A DNA stretch of 29,585 bases from Eubacteriales bacterium (GCA_045604775.1 JAZUOQ010000147.1:1-29585); one strand, 5' to 3'. Counted from the first letter of the stretch, positions 1 through 9,032 are shown. Numbers and translations: made by a program. The notes: generated from the letters alone by a model not told the origin.

Positions 1-66
1 TTAATTTTAAAAAAATGTATAAATAATCTTCCTATGTCTAAAATAGATGTAACGGAGGTTTTAATT

Positions 67-774
67 ATGGATAATAAAAATAATATATTTGAAAATCAGT
101 CGCCTAAAAAGAAAATTACTTATTATGTTATATTGGGAATATGTATTGCTGCAATCGGTGTAATTAGTTTTATTTCTTATAAGTCAGTACAAAATTCAAT
201 TAGCAATGATACAATAGATAATGAGATCGAAATAACCGATACTGTAGACAACAAAAAAGATGATGTAACGGAATCAGAAATTGAAAAAGATACGACAGCC
301 GAAGATAAAAAAACTGATACAGTAACAGAACCAAACGTTAAAGAAGAAAGTACCCCTATTGTGAAAGCAAAGTCATATATTATGCCAATTGATTCTGAAA
401 TAACAACAGGTTTTTCTCTTGATCAACCCGTATATTCTAACACGCTTAAAGACTGGCGCATACACGACGGTATTGATATAGGTGCCCAACTTGGTACAAA
501 CGCAGTATGTGTAAACGACGGAGTAGTTGAAGAAGTGCGTTCAGATGATTTATTTGGAATAACAGTTGTTATTAAGCATACAGACGGAAAAAAATCAACT
601 TACAGCAATCTTGAGGACAGCGTTGAACTCGAACAAGGTCAGATAATAAATCAAGGTGATATTGTCGGCAAAGTTGGCCAAACTGCTATTTATGAGATAT
701 CAGACGGACCTCACTTGCATTTTGAAATATCAGAAAACGGAATCAAAATAGACCCATTATCAGTAATAAAATAA
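67..774 (+). CDS. M23/LytM family metallopeptidase with N-terminal TM helix; clostridial SpoIIQ-like
   Basis: Hydrophobic segment YYVILGICIAAIGVISFISY, acidic/Thr-rich linker, then M23 Zn motifs HxxxD (WRIHDGIDI) and HxH (PHLHFEI). GGAGG at 55-59 favours ATG 67 over 34. Confidence 0.85.
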   Translation: MDNKNNIFENQSPKKKITYYVILGICIAAIGVISFISYKSVQNSISNDTIDNEIEITDTVDNKKDDVTESEIEKDTTAEDKKTDTVTEPNVKEESTPIVKAKSYIMPIDSEITTGFSLDQPVYSNTLKDWRIHDGIDIGAQLGTNAVCVNDGVVEEVRSDDLFGITVVIKHTDGKKSTYSNLEDSVELEQGQIINQGDIVGKVGQTAIYEISDGPHLHFEISENGIKIDPLSVIK

Positions 775-800
775 AACGGCTCAAAGCCGTCTTTTTATTT
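773..800 (+). terminator. Rho-independent terminator after the M23 gene
   Basis: ACGGC-tcaaa-GCCGT (776-790) followed by cTTTTTATTTTT. Confidence 0.75.
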
Positions 801-854
801 TTGTTGCAACATTTTCTTTTACATATTTGTAATATATATAAAGAGGTGAATTTA

Positions 855-2549
855 ATGAAAAATGAAATAATTAAAATAATATCACTAATAACAATTGCTT
901 GTACTATCATTTCAACAACAGGCTGTGCATTAAAAGCCAATGCTTCAGATCTTATGGAAGGAATAACCGCTAAAGAAGTTGATAGCATTAAAAATTTATC
1001 TGAACGCACAGAAATGACAGATTTTGCTGTAAATATTTTTAAACAAATTGCGCAAGATGGCAAAAATACGCTTATTTCTCCCCTATCTATCATAAGTGCA
1101 TTAGCAATGACGATGAATGGCGCGGACGGTGAAACACTCAACCAGATGGAAAGTTTGTTTGGTTTGACAAAAGATGAACTTAACTCATACATTTACACTT
1201 ATTTGACAAAGCTTGCACAGGGAGATAAATACAAACTTAGTCTGGCAAATTCTATTTGGTTCAGAAACGATTTCAATGCGGAAAAACATTTTTTACAGAC
1301 TAATGCAGACTATTACAGTGCAGATGTTTATAAAACAGAATTCAATAATTTGGCATCTAAAAATATTAACAGCTGGGTAAAAAGCGCCACAGACGGTATG
1401 ATAGATAATATTATCAGCGATTTAAATGAAGATGCCGTTATGTATCTTATAAACGCGCTTGCTTTTGATGCTGAGTGGGAGGCCATATACAGTGAAACTC
1501 AAATAAGAAAAGCTGATTTTACAGCTGAAAATTCAGCAAAACAGAATGTGGATTTTATGTATGGCACAGACGAATTATATCTTGATAGTTATAATGCAAG
1601 TGGATTTATAAAATATTACGCCGATCGCAAATATGCTTTTGCCGCTTTACTTCCTGATGAAGAAATTGATATAAACGACTATATCTCAACACTTACCGGT
1701 GAAAAAATTTCAAAAATAATCAACAACGCTGAAAATGTCACTGTAAACACAGCAATACCAAAATTTAAAACTGAATATTTCGCCGAATTATCAGATACAC
1801 TTCAAGATCTGGGAGTAACCAATGCATTTGATGTAAATATTGCAGATTTTTCAAAACTCGGAACATCAGAATCCGGCAATATTTTTATCAGTAATGTATT
1901 TCACAAAGCATTTATTTCTATTGATGAAAGCGGCACCAAAGCAGGTGCTGCTACAAATGAAGAGTATGTAGCATTAGGCATACCTACAGAATACAAAACT
2001 GTTTATCTTAATAGACCGTTTGTATATATGATTATCGATTGCGAAACCAATACCCCGTTTTTTATCGGATGTATGAAAGATATACTAGGTACTGACGAAA
2101 AAGAAAGTACACAGAATGATGTTGAATTTTCAGCAGAATATATTAGAACAGATAAATTTACTGAGAACACCAAATACCCATACATAGATGTAATACGTAC
2201 AAAATCAGAACTTGATAAATATGTTGACAGTCATAATAAGTACAACGACGAATACTTTAAAAAAAATATACTTTTAATAGCCGTATACGAAGAACCAAGC
2301 GGTTCCATTAGACACACTGTCAAAAAAGTAACAACAAATGAAAAAGGAGAAGCATATGTTGATATAGAGCGTATAACTCCTCAAGAAGTAACAGATGATA
2401 TGGCACTATGGCATATCCTTATTGAGCCGAAGAGCAAAAATAATATTACTGTCGCACGGCTTAATTATGAAAATTTAAGAATAGAAAACTGCTATAAATA
2501 TGCAAATATGTCACTTGAAAAGTTTGCAGGTTGGAATTATGAAAAATAG
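855..2549 (+). CDS. Lipoprotein serpin (I4) with C-terminal PrcB-like domain; frame ends prematurely at a probable frameshift
   Basis: SD GAGGTG at 843-848; lipobox TTGC; serpin motifs NTLISPLSI, ANSIW, YLINALAFDAEW, hinge ESGTKAGAAT, LNRPF. The extension contains EEPSGSIRH...ITPQEVTDDMALWHILIE, which resembles PrcB C-terminal domains. Confidence 0.88.
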   Translation: MKNEIIKIISLITIACTIISTTGCALKANASDLMEGITAKEVDSIKNLSERTEMTDFAVNIFKQIAQDGKNTLISPLSIISALAMTMNGADGETLNQMESLFGLTKDELNSYIYTYLTKLAQGDKYKLSLANSIWFRNDFNAEKHFLQTNADYYSADVYKTEFNNLASKNINSWVKSATDGMIDNIISDLNEDAVMYLINALAFDAEWEAIYSETQIRKADFTAENSAKQNVDFMYGTDELYLDSYNASGFIKYYADRKYAFAALLPDEEIDINDYISTLTGEKISKIINNAENVTVNTAIPKFKTEYFAELSDTLQDLGVTNAFDVNIADFSKLGTSESGNIFISNVFHKAFISIDESGTKAGAATNEEYVALGIPTEYKTVYLNRPFVYMIIDCETNTPFFIGCMKDILGTDEKESTQNDVEFSAEYIRTDKFTENTKYPYIDVIRTKSELDKYVDSHNKYNDEYFKKNILLIAVYEEPSGSIRHTVKKVTTNEKGEAYVDIERITPQEVTDDMALWHILIEPKSKNNITVARLNYENLRIENCYKYANMSLEKFAGWNYEK

Positions 2550-3034
2550 AGTACGACAACGATACTTTTGGTATAAGATTCTGGACTGAGGGTGAGACCG
2601 AGGGTAAAATAGCACTTACATGGCAGAATTTTTTGGGGCTTTGCGGAACAGGCCTTGAAACTTTTCCTACTGTTATTGCAGGAAAAGACGCAACGAAATA
2701 TGTTTACGACAATAAAGAACTGTGGGATTTTATAATTTTTAACGATATGCCGGGATGCTATACTGTTTATAATGAGGGTGCAAGTGTATGGTGGGACGAA
2801 TACGGTGAAGAAGCTATGTCAATACTTTCAACCGCCGAACTTGCTAAAGATATTTTAACTTATGATGATGCACTTAGAAAAATCAACGGTCAATTATCTG
2901 ACGATTATAAAAATTGCGAGTTTATAAATACAAATTTTGATATAGACAGTGGTATATGGACATTCACTTTTATTTCTGAAAACACAAATCGATTATCAGT
3001 TAAAATTGACCAAAGCAAAAATATAATCGAATAA
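2543..3034 (+). pseudogene. Frameshifted C-terminal continuation of the serpin gene (unknown domain plus PepSY-like domain)
   Basis: The frame of ORF 2633..3034 is open from 2543 (KIEYDNDTFGIRFWTEGETEGKIALTWQNFLGLCGTG), so it starts inside the A5 run just before the serpin TAG. The TTG at 2633 has no convincing SD. Confidence 0.7.
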
Positions 3035-3036
3035 CT

Positions 3037-3071
3037 AAAAAGGCTTGAAATTAAAAATTTCAAGCCTTTTT
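3037..3071. terminator. Bidirectional terminator between convergent genes
   Basis: AAAAAGGCTTGAAAT-taaaa-ATTTCAAGCCTTTTT perfect inverted repeat with A/T tails. Confidence 0.9.
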
Positions 3072-3130
3072 AAGTTATTCACAGTTGATGAAAACACCTA
3101 TAATTATTATATAGCCAACATAGCTCATAC

Positions 3131-4063
3131 TTAATTTGTAACAAATTGAGTTTCAACACATTTAACACAATTTGATGGCGAGTATTTCCAGGTATCTATC
3201 CTTTCTTCAGAATACATATATACAAGAGGTTCAGGTTCAACAAGCTCATTCGACGAATCAACTATAGCAAGTTTAATTTTCATTTTATCTGGAATTATAC
3301 TTTTAATAAAAACACTTACTCTCATACCTACCATTACATTTGGTGTTACCTCGGCAAGACCGGCGAGGTTGGGGGTAAGTTCAATAAAAACGCCATAACT
3401 TTCAACACTTCGCACAATACCGGAAACTGTTTCACCCGCTTTAAAAAGCAACGCATTTTGTTCCCAGGTTCCAAGTAACTCCTTGTGCGATAAGTTAATT
3501 CTATTTGAAGTATAATCTATACTTTTTACAATAGCTTTTATATCCATACCGATACTAAATCTATTTTTAGGATGCTCAATACGAGATACTGAAATATTAT
3601 CGATGGACAACAGAGAAATTATACCACAACCTATATCTGCAAAAGCACCAAATTGCTCCATATGAGTTATTCTGGCATCTATAATATCACCAACACCGAC
3701 ATTTTCAAATATGTATTTTTCGCACTCTTCTTGCGCTGCACGCCTTGATAGATATGCTATTGTATCACCGTCTTTCTGGGAAATTTTTGTAACTTTAAAG
3801 CACACCATTTTATTAACACGTGTAATTATTGCTACGTCTTTTACAGTGTTTTCTATTATACCAAGTGCTGCTTCCTCTCTGGGAATAATTGCTTTTATAT
3901 CACCTAGTTTAAGATGTAAATTATGATCGGAATCACACATAAGACATTTAGCTTGAAGAATTTTACCCTCACTTAAAGCACGCGATAATCCTTTAATTCC
4001 ACTGAAGTATACATTATCGTTTACATCGAGGATACCCTCCGGTCTGTATTCCTGTTTTTTCAT
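3131..4063 (-). CDS. Multi-S1-domain RNA-binding protein (S1-like, conserved in Clostridia)
   Basis: S1 repeats such as VGDIIDARITHMEQFGAFADIGCGIISLL and GETVSGIVRSVESYGVFIELTPNLAGL; SD GGAGGG upstream. Confidence 0.85.
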   Translation of the reverse strand: MKKQEYRPEGILDVNDNVYFSGIKGLSRALSEGKILQAKCLMCDSDHNLHLKLGDIKAIIPREEAALGIIENTVKDVAIITRVNKMVCFKVTKISQKDGDTIAYLSRRAAQEECEKYIFENVGVGDIIDARITHMEQFGAFADIGCGIISLLSIDNISVSRIEHPKNRFSIGMDIKAIVKSIDYTSNRINLSHKELLGTWEQNALLFKAGETVSGIVRSVESYGVFIELTPNLAGLAEVTPNVMVGMRVSVFIKSIIPDKMKIKLAIVDSSNELVEPEPLVYMYSEERIDTWKYSPSNCVKCVETQFVTN

Positions 4064-4093
4064 AGTCAGCCCTCCAATAAATTGTCCTATAAA

Positions 4094-4123
4094 ATGTATA
4101 TGAGCACAAATTATTTTAATGAC
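4094..4123 (-). promoter_or_regulatory. Possible sigmaE-type promoter for the S1-domain gene
   Basis: Minus strand reads GTCATT-aaaataatttgtgct-CATATACAT, similar to the sigmaE consensus ATa-(16-18)-CATAcanT; the spacer is one base short. Confidence 0.35.
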
Positions 4124-4141
4124 GGAAATTTCAATTAATAC

Positions 4142-4170
4142 TTTTAATTTAACTATGAATATGCTATAAT
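4142..4170 (+). promoter_or_regulatory. sigmaA extended -10 promoter for the DUF951-prfA operon
   Basis: TGcTATAAT at 4162-4170; weak -35 (TTTTAA) 17 bp upstream. Confidence 0.55.
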
Positions 4171-4197
4171 ATATAAATAAATTTCAAGGAGACGACT

Positions 4198-4380
4198 ATG
4201 GATATAAAAGTAAATGATATTTTACTTATGAAAAAGCAGCATCCATGTGGCGAAAAACGTTTTTTAGTCCTTCGCATTGGTATGGATTTTAAAATCAGAT
4301 GTCTTAATTGCGGAAGAGAAGTCATGGTCGCAAGAAGTAAAATCGAAAAAAACATAAAGGCAATTGAAAGTAGAATTTAG
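4198..4380 (+). CDS. DUF951 (YyzM-like) small protein
   Basis: MKKQHPCG...RIGMDFKIRCLNCGREVM family pattern with CxxC; SD AAGGAG. Confidence 0.9.
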   Translation: MDIKVNDILLMKKQHPCGEKRFLVLRIGMDFKIRCLNCGREVMVARSKIEKNIKAIESRI

Positions 4381-4422
4381 TATTTAGTTTTACATAATAC
4401 ATTATGAATATGGAGATATAAA

Positions 4423-5493
4423 ATGATAGATAAGATAAAAGAAATACACAAACATTATACCGAAGTCGGCGAAAAATTATCAGATCCTGAAATTATTTCA
4501 GATCAAGTTGCATATACCAAACTTATGCGTGAGCACAAGCATTTGACACCTATTATTGATAAATACAATGAATACGTTGAATTTGAAAGAAATTACAATG
4601 AGAGTGTTGAGTTATTATCCCAGCAACTTGACCCTGAAATGCGCGAACTTGCAGAGGAAGAAATGCTTGCATCAAAAGAAGGACTTTCAAAATGCGCTGA
4701 AGAAATGAAAATCCTGTTGTTGCCACGTGACGAAAACGATGATAAAAACGTAATTATTGAAATACGCGGCGGTGCCGGTGGTGAAGAGGCTGCTTTATTT
4801 GCTGCATCATTATATAGAATGTATACAATGTATGCGGAAACAAAAGGTTTTAAATACGAAATATTAAACCTATACGATACAGAACTTGGCGGCATTAAAG
4901 AAATCTCATTTTCTATAAGTGGCGAAGGTGCATATTCGAGATATAAATTTGAAAGCGGTGTTCACCGTGTGCAACGTGTGCCTGAAACAGAAAGCGGCGG
5001 AAGAATTCACACATCAACTGTAACTGTTGCAGTTCTGCCCGAGGCAGAAGAAGTTGATTTTGAAATCAACAACGCCGACTTACAAATCGACACCTTCCGT
5101 TCATCAGGCGCAGGCGGTCAGCATGTTAACAAAACAGAAAGTGCTATTCGCATAACTCACTTACCTACAGGGCTGGTAGTTGAGTGTCAAGACGAGCGCT
5201 CACAACATAAAAACAAAGAACGTGCACTTAAAATTCTACGTTCGCGTCTTGTTGAAATGGATAGGGAAAAGAAAAATGCCGAGATTGCGAGTGAACGAAA
5301 ATCACAAGTTGGTACCGGTGACAGAAGTGAGCGTATAAGAACGTATAATTATCCTCAAGGTCGTGTCACTGACCATAGAATAGGTCTTACTCTCTACAAA
5401 CTTGAACAAATACTCAACGGAACTTTAGACGAGATCATTGATGCACTTATCACCAATGATCAAGCTGAAAAACTTAAGACTTCACAGGAATAA
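4423..5493 (+). CDS. prfA: Peptide chain release factor 1
   Basis: GGQ motif ([15 protein letters not shown]), RF1-type PxT motif ([13 protein letters not shown]), [18 protein letters not shown]. Confidence 0.98.
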   Translation: MIDKIKEIHKHYTEVGEKLSDPEIISDQVAYTKLMREHKHLTPIIDKYNEYVEFERNYNESVELLSQQLDPEMRELAEEEMLASKEGLSKCAEEMKILLLPRDENDDKNVIIEIRGGAGGEEAALFAASLYRMYTMYAETKGFKYEILNLYDTELGGIKEISFSISGEGAYSRYKFESGVHRVQRVPETESGGRIHTSTVTVAVLPEAEEVDFEINNADLQIDTFRSSGAGGQHVNKTESAIRITHLPTGLVVECQDERSQHKNKERALKILRSRLVEMDREKKNAEIASERKSQVGTGDRSERIRTYNYPQGRVTDHRIGLTLYKLEQILNGTLDEIIDALITNDQAEKLKTSQE

Positions 5494-5494
5494 A

Positions 5495-6541
5495 ATGATA
5501 ACGAAAACTGATTATATCAATCCGGATAATATTGACATAAATAAACTTTTACCGTATGCTGAAATGATTAAAAGCGGAGAGCTTGCAGCATTTCCGACAG
5601 AAACTGTTTACGGACTTGGGGCTAATGCTTTAAACGACAATGCTGTCAAAAGAATATTTCATGTAAAAAACAGACCTTCCAATAATCCGCTTATAGCACA
5701 CATAAGTGATTTGTCAATGATAGACACTGTTGCACAGAATATTCCTTCGGATTTCGAGGTGCTATTCCGTTCGTTTTGGCCGGGTGCACTAACTGTCGTA
5801 CTTAATAAAACAATTGCTGTTCCCGATTCAGTTTGCGCCGGAGGCAAAACAGTTGCTGTGCGATGTCCTTCGCATCCTGTTGCTAATATGCTTATTAAAT
5901 TAGCAGGTGTTCCGATAGTTGCGCCAAGTGCGAATTTATCCGGTAAACCATCGCCCACCTGTTTTAAACATGTATACGCTGACCTCAACGGAAAAGTCAG
6001 CGGCATAATTGACGGAGGAGAATGCGACATTGGCATCGAAAGTACTGTTATAACACGCATAGGCGATGCCGCACTTAAGATACTCAGACCCGGTGCCGTA
6101 ACAAAAGATATGCTTGAATCAAAAGGTTTTACTGTGACTGTTGATGAACATATCCTTCTACCTGTTACTGATAACAGTACAGTAGCCTCCCCTGGTATGT
6201 TATATAAGCATTACGCTCCAAAAGCCAATATGGAGCTTGTTCGTGGTGATGATGATAAGGCAATTAAGTATATACAAAACAAAATTTTGAATTCCGATAT
6301 AAAATGCGGAGTACTATGCTTTGATAACGAATCTGTACTGTTCAAAAGCGCTATATGCAAGGAATATGGTAATAAAAATGACCACCTTACATTATCAAAA
6401 TATTTATTCAGCGCTCTCAGGGAATTTGATGAGACTAACGTGCAATACATATATGCAAGGACAGTAGAGCCAAACGGCGTAGGGCTTGGGATATATAACA
6501 GAATGTTACGTGCGGCAAGTTTTAATGTGACCGCATTATAA
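5495..6541 (+). CDS. sua5: Threonylcarbamoyl-AMP synthase, Sua5 (TsaC2) type with C-terminal SUA5 domain
   Basis: AFPTETVYGLGA, KNRPSNNPLI, APSANLSGKPS, ASPGMLYKHYAP; ATG 5495 directly after the prfA stop is the likely start. Confidence 0.95.
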   Translation: MITKTDYINPDNIDINKLLPYAEMIKSGELAAFPTETVYGLGANALNDNAVKRIFHVKNRPSNNPLIAHISDLSMIDTVAQNIPSDFEVLFRSFWPGALTVVLNKTIAVPDSVCAGGKTVAVRCPSHPVANMLIKLAGVPIVAPSANLSGKPSPTCFKHVYADLNGKVSGIIDGGECDIGIESTVITRIGDAALKILRPGAVTKDMLESKGFTVTVDEHILLPVTDNSTVASPGMLYKHYAPKANMELVRGDDDKAIKYIQNKILNSDIKCGVLCFDNESVLFKSAICKEYGNKNDHLTLSKYLFSALREFDETNVQYIYARTVEPNGVGLGIYNRMLRAASFNVTAL

Positions 6542-6552
6542 ATGGAGTTTAT

Positions 6553-7134
6553 ATGAACATTATTATAGGTTTAACAGGACAAAGCGGAAGCGGTAAAACG
6601 ACTGTTGCAAATATTTTGGCAAAAAAAGGTTTTCATCATATTAATTGTGATAAACTTGTGCATGAAAAAATATATACAGACCACTCTATATTAAATGAAA
6701 TAAGTACAAACTTTGGTGCAAAATACATACAAAACGGTACTTTAAACAGAAAAAGCTTTGGAACGCTGATTTTTAATGATAAAACAGCTTACAATAAACT
6801 TATGGAAATTCTATACCCACACATTGTTCATAAAATAAAAAAAGAAATTGAAACAGCAAAATCCGAATTTATTTTATTAGATGCACCTACTCTGTTTGAG
6901 TTTGGTCTGGAAAAAATGTGTAACAAGGTTATCGGTGTGGTTTCTGATAATGTTATAGATCGTATATGCATACGCGATGGCATAAGTAAACAGCAGGCAG
7001 TACAACGCCTTTCTAACCAAAAAGATACCTCATTTTTTAAAGAAAAATGTGATTATATAATTGAAAATAATTATGAATTTAATGATTTGATTAATATTAC
7101 TGCATCGATTGCAAACAGTATAATGGAGAAATAA
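6553..7134 (+). CDS. coaE: Dephospho-CoA kinase
   Basis: IIGLTGQSGSGKTTV P-loop, LNRKSFG...IF, HPHI-like YPHI, DAPTLFE. Confidence 0.92.
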   Translation: MNIIIGLTGQSGSGKTTVANILAKKGFHHINCDKLVHEKIYTDHSILNEISTNFGAKYIQNGTLNRKSFGTLIFNDKTAYNKLMEILYPHIVHKIKKEIETAKSEFILLDAPTLFEFGLEKMCNKVIGVVSDNVIDRICIRDGISKQQAVQRLSNQKDTSFFKEKCDYIIENNYEFNDLINITASIANSIMEK

Positions 7135-7135
7135 T

Positions 7136-7669
7136 TTGAAACGAAGATACATTATTACGTATATCGCGATAATATTTAGTATTACAATTTTAGCAAACGG
7201 TCTGCTTAAATATCTGTATCCACAAAAATATAGTGAACAGGTACAGAAATACGCATATGAATACGGTATTGAAGAAAGCCTAGTTTATGCAATAATTAAA
7301 TGTGAAAGTAATTTCAACATAAATGCCGTATCATCAGCAGGTGCTATTGGTTTAATGCAAATCACCCCTGAGACTTTTGAATGGGCAAAACAAAAATTAA
7401 ACGATACTACCTCTAAAATTACACTTAATGATGCCAATTTAAATATCAAGTACGGATGCTATATATACTCTTTGTTTATTAAAGAGTTTACTGTCAAAGA
7501 AACTGCACTTGCAAGCTACAACGCAGGCAGAGGCAGAGTGTTATCATGGTTGAAAGATAAATCATATTCAGATGACGGTATTTTATTAAAAACTATTCCG
7601 TATAAAGAAACTGACAATTACGTAAAAAAAGTTATATATACTCAAAAAATATATGAATTAATTTATTAA
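7136..7669 (+). CDS. Lytic transglycosylase (SLT domain) with N-terminal membrane anchor
   Basis: Catalytic IKCESNFN, GAIGLMQI, ALASYNAG, IPYKETDNYV; TTG start; the coaE-slt adjacency is common in Clostridia. Confidence 0.92.
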   Translation: MKRRYIITYIAIIFSITILANGLLKYLYPQKYSEQVQKYAYEYGIEESLVYAIIKCESNFNINAVSSAGAIGLMQITPETFEWAKQKLNDTTSKITLNDANLNIKYGCYIYSLFIKEFTVKETALASYNAGRGRVLSWLKDKSYSDDGILLKTIPYKETDNYVKKVIYTQKIYELIY

Positions 7670-7678
7670 GGAGATAAA

Positions 7679-9028
7679 ATGGCTGATACACTTACCTACA
7701 AAAAGAAAAATATATTTGAAGAAAAAGATAACTACAATGATATTTTTTCTACTTGCGACAAGTACATCGACTTTTTAAACACTTGCAAAACTGAACGCAA
7801 GTGTACAGACTATTTTAAAATCAAAGCGGAAGAAAACGGATTCAAACCGCTCAATTTCGATGAAAAATTAATCCCCGGTGACAAGTTTTATATCATAAAC
7901 AGAAATAAATCTATATTTCTAGGTATTATGGGAGAAAGTCCTGAAACAAACGGTATACACATTTGTGCGGCTCATATCGATTCACCCAGACTTGACTTAA
8001 AGCCACAGCCGTTATGTGAAGATAATGGTCTTGCGCTTCTAAAAACACATTACTACGGTGGAATAAAGAAGTATCAATGGACAGCAATACCGCTGGAAAT
8101 GGAAGGTATCGCTGTTACAACTGATGGTTTAACTATTGATTTTACAGATAATGGATACACTTTCTGTATTACAGACTTACTCCCCCACTTAGCCTCAGAG
8201 CAGACAACAAAGACACTTGGGAAGGCAATTGAAGGCGAAGATTTAAAAATCTTATGTGGTACAATGCCCTGTAAAGAAGATGACATAAACGAAAAAGTAA
8301 AATACACTGTATTAAAAATACTAAATGAAAAATATTCAATAACTGAAAGAGATTTAATATCTGCAGAAATCAGTTTTGTTCCAAAACTAAAAGCAGAAAG
8401 TTTAGGTTTTGATAAAAGTGTTATAGGTGCTTATGGTCACGATGACAGGATATGTGCTTGGACCGCCTTTGAAGCGTTAATGAATACTGAATCGAACAAA
8501 CACACGGTGCTTTTAGCATTAGTTGATAAAGAGGAAACAGGTTCGGACGGCGTTACAGGTATGCAGAGCCAATTTTTTGATATGATTATTGATAAAATAT
8601 GTGACGGAAATAACTCTCGGCTTGCATTATATAACAGCAAATGTTTATCAGCAGATGTCAATGCTGCTTATGATCCTATATATCCATCAGTACTAGATAA
8701 ACAAAATGCCAGCATATTAGGTTGTGGCCCTACAGTAACAAAATACACAGGTGCGCGAGGAAAATCAGGAACATCGGATGCATCTGCTGAAACCATGGCA
8801 TACTTTACTAACTTATTTGATAAAAATAATATCATATGGCAGTCAGGTCTTTTAGGTAAAGTCGATGCCGGCGGTGGCGGAACAGTTGCAAAATATGCCG
8901 CTAACCGAAATATTGATACAGTTGATATCGGAATTGGCCTGTTATCAATGCATGCTCCTTATGAAGTAGCATCCAAAGCAGACATATATGAAACTATAAA
9001 AGCATTTAAATTGTTTATGGAGAATTAA
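7679..9028 (+). CDS. M18 family aminopeptidase (ApeA-like)
   Basis: AHIDSPRLDLK, HYYGGIKKYQW, GHDDR, DKEE, SADV, SMHAP metal-binding motifs. Confidence 0.93.
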   Translation: MADTLTYKKKNIFEEKDNYNDIFSTCDKYIDFLNTCKTERKCTDYFKIKAEENGFKPLNFDEKLIPGDKFYIINRNKSIFLGIMGESPETNGIHICAAHIDSPRLDLKPQPLCEDNGLALLKTHYYGGIKKYQWTAIPLEMEGIAVTTDGLTIDFTDNGYTFCITDLLPHLASEQTTKTLGKAIEGEDLKILCGTMPCKEDDINEKVKYTVLKILNEKYSITERDLISAEISFVPKLKAESLGFDKSVIGAYGHDDRICAWTAFEALMNTESNKHTVLLALVDKEETGSDGVTGMQSQFFDMIIDKICDGNNSRLALYNSKCLSADVNAAYDPIYPSVLDKQNASILGCGPTVTKYTGARGKSGTSDASAETMAYFTNLFDKNNIIWQSGLLGKVDAGGGGTVAKYAANRNIDTVDIGIGLLSMHAPYEVASKADIYETIKAFKLFMEN

Positions 9029-9032
9029 ATTT

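Noticed and set aside
2539-2589. Small ORF MKNRVRQRYFWYKILD overlapping the serpin stop
   Set aside because: Only 16 codons, lying in the third frame of a region already explained by the frameshifted domain.
2633-3034. Independent gene starting at TTG 2633
   Set aside because: There is no good SD, and the frame is open and protein-like back to 2543. It is better explained as the frameshifted tail of the serpin gene.
3075-3083. DnaA box TTATTCACA
   Set aside because: It is a single box with no cluster, no DUE and no dnaA/dnaN context; expected by chance in AT-rich DNA.
3099-3112. Back-to-back TATAAT boxes suggesting an antisense promoter into the S1 gene
   Set aside because: No usable -35 or extended -10; AT-rich background suffices.
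4386-4411. dif-like site (minus strand ATATTCATAA-TGTA-TTATGTAAAACT)
   Set aside because: The arms resemble XerC/XerD sites, but the central region is 4 bp rather than the 6 bp required at dif. It is more likely an AT-rich palindrome (CATAAT-ac-ATTATG) upstream of prfA.
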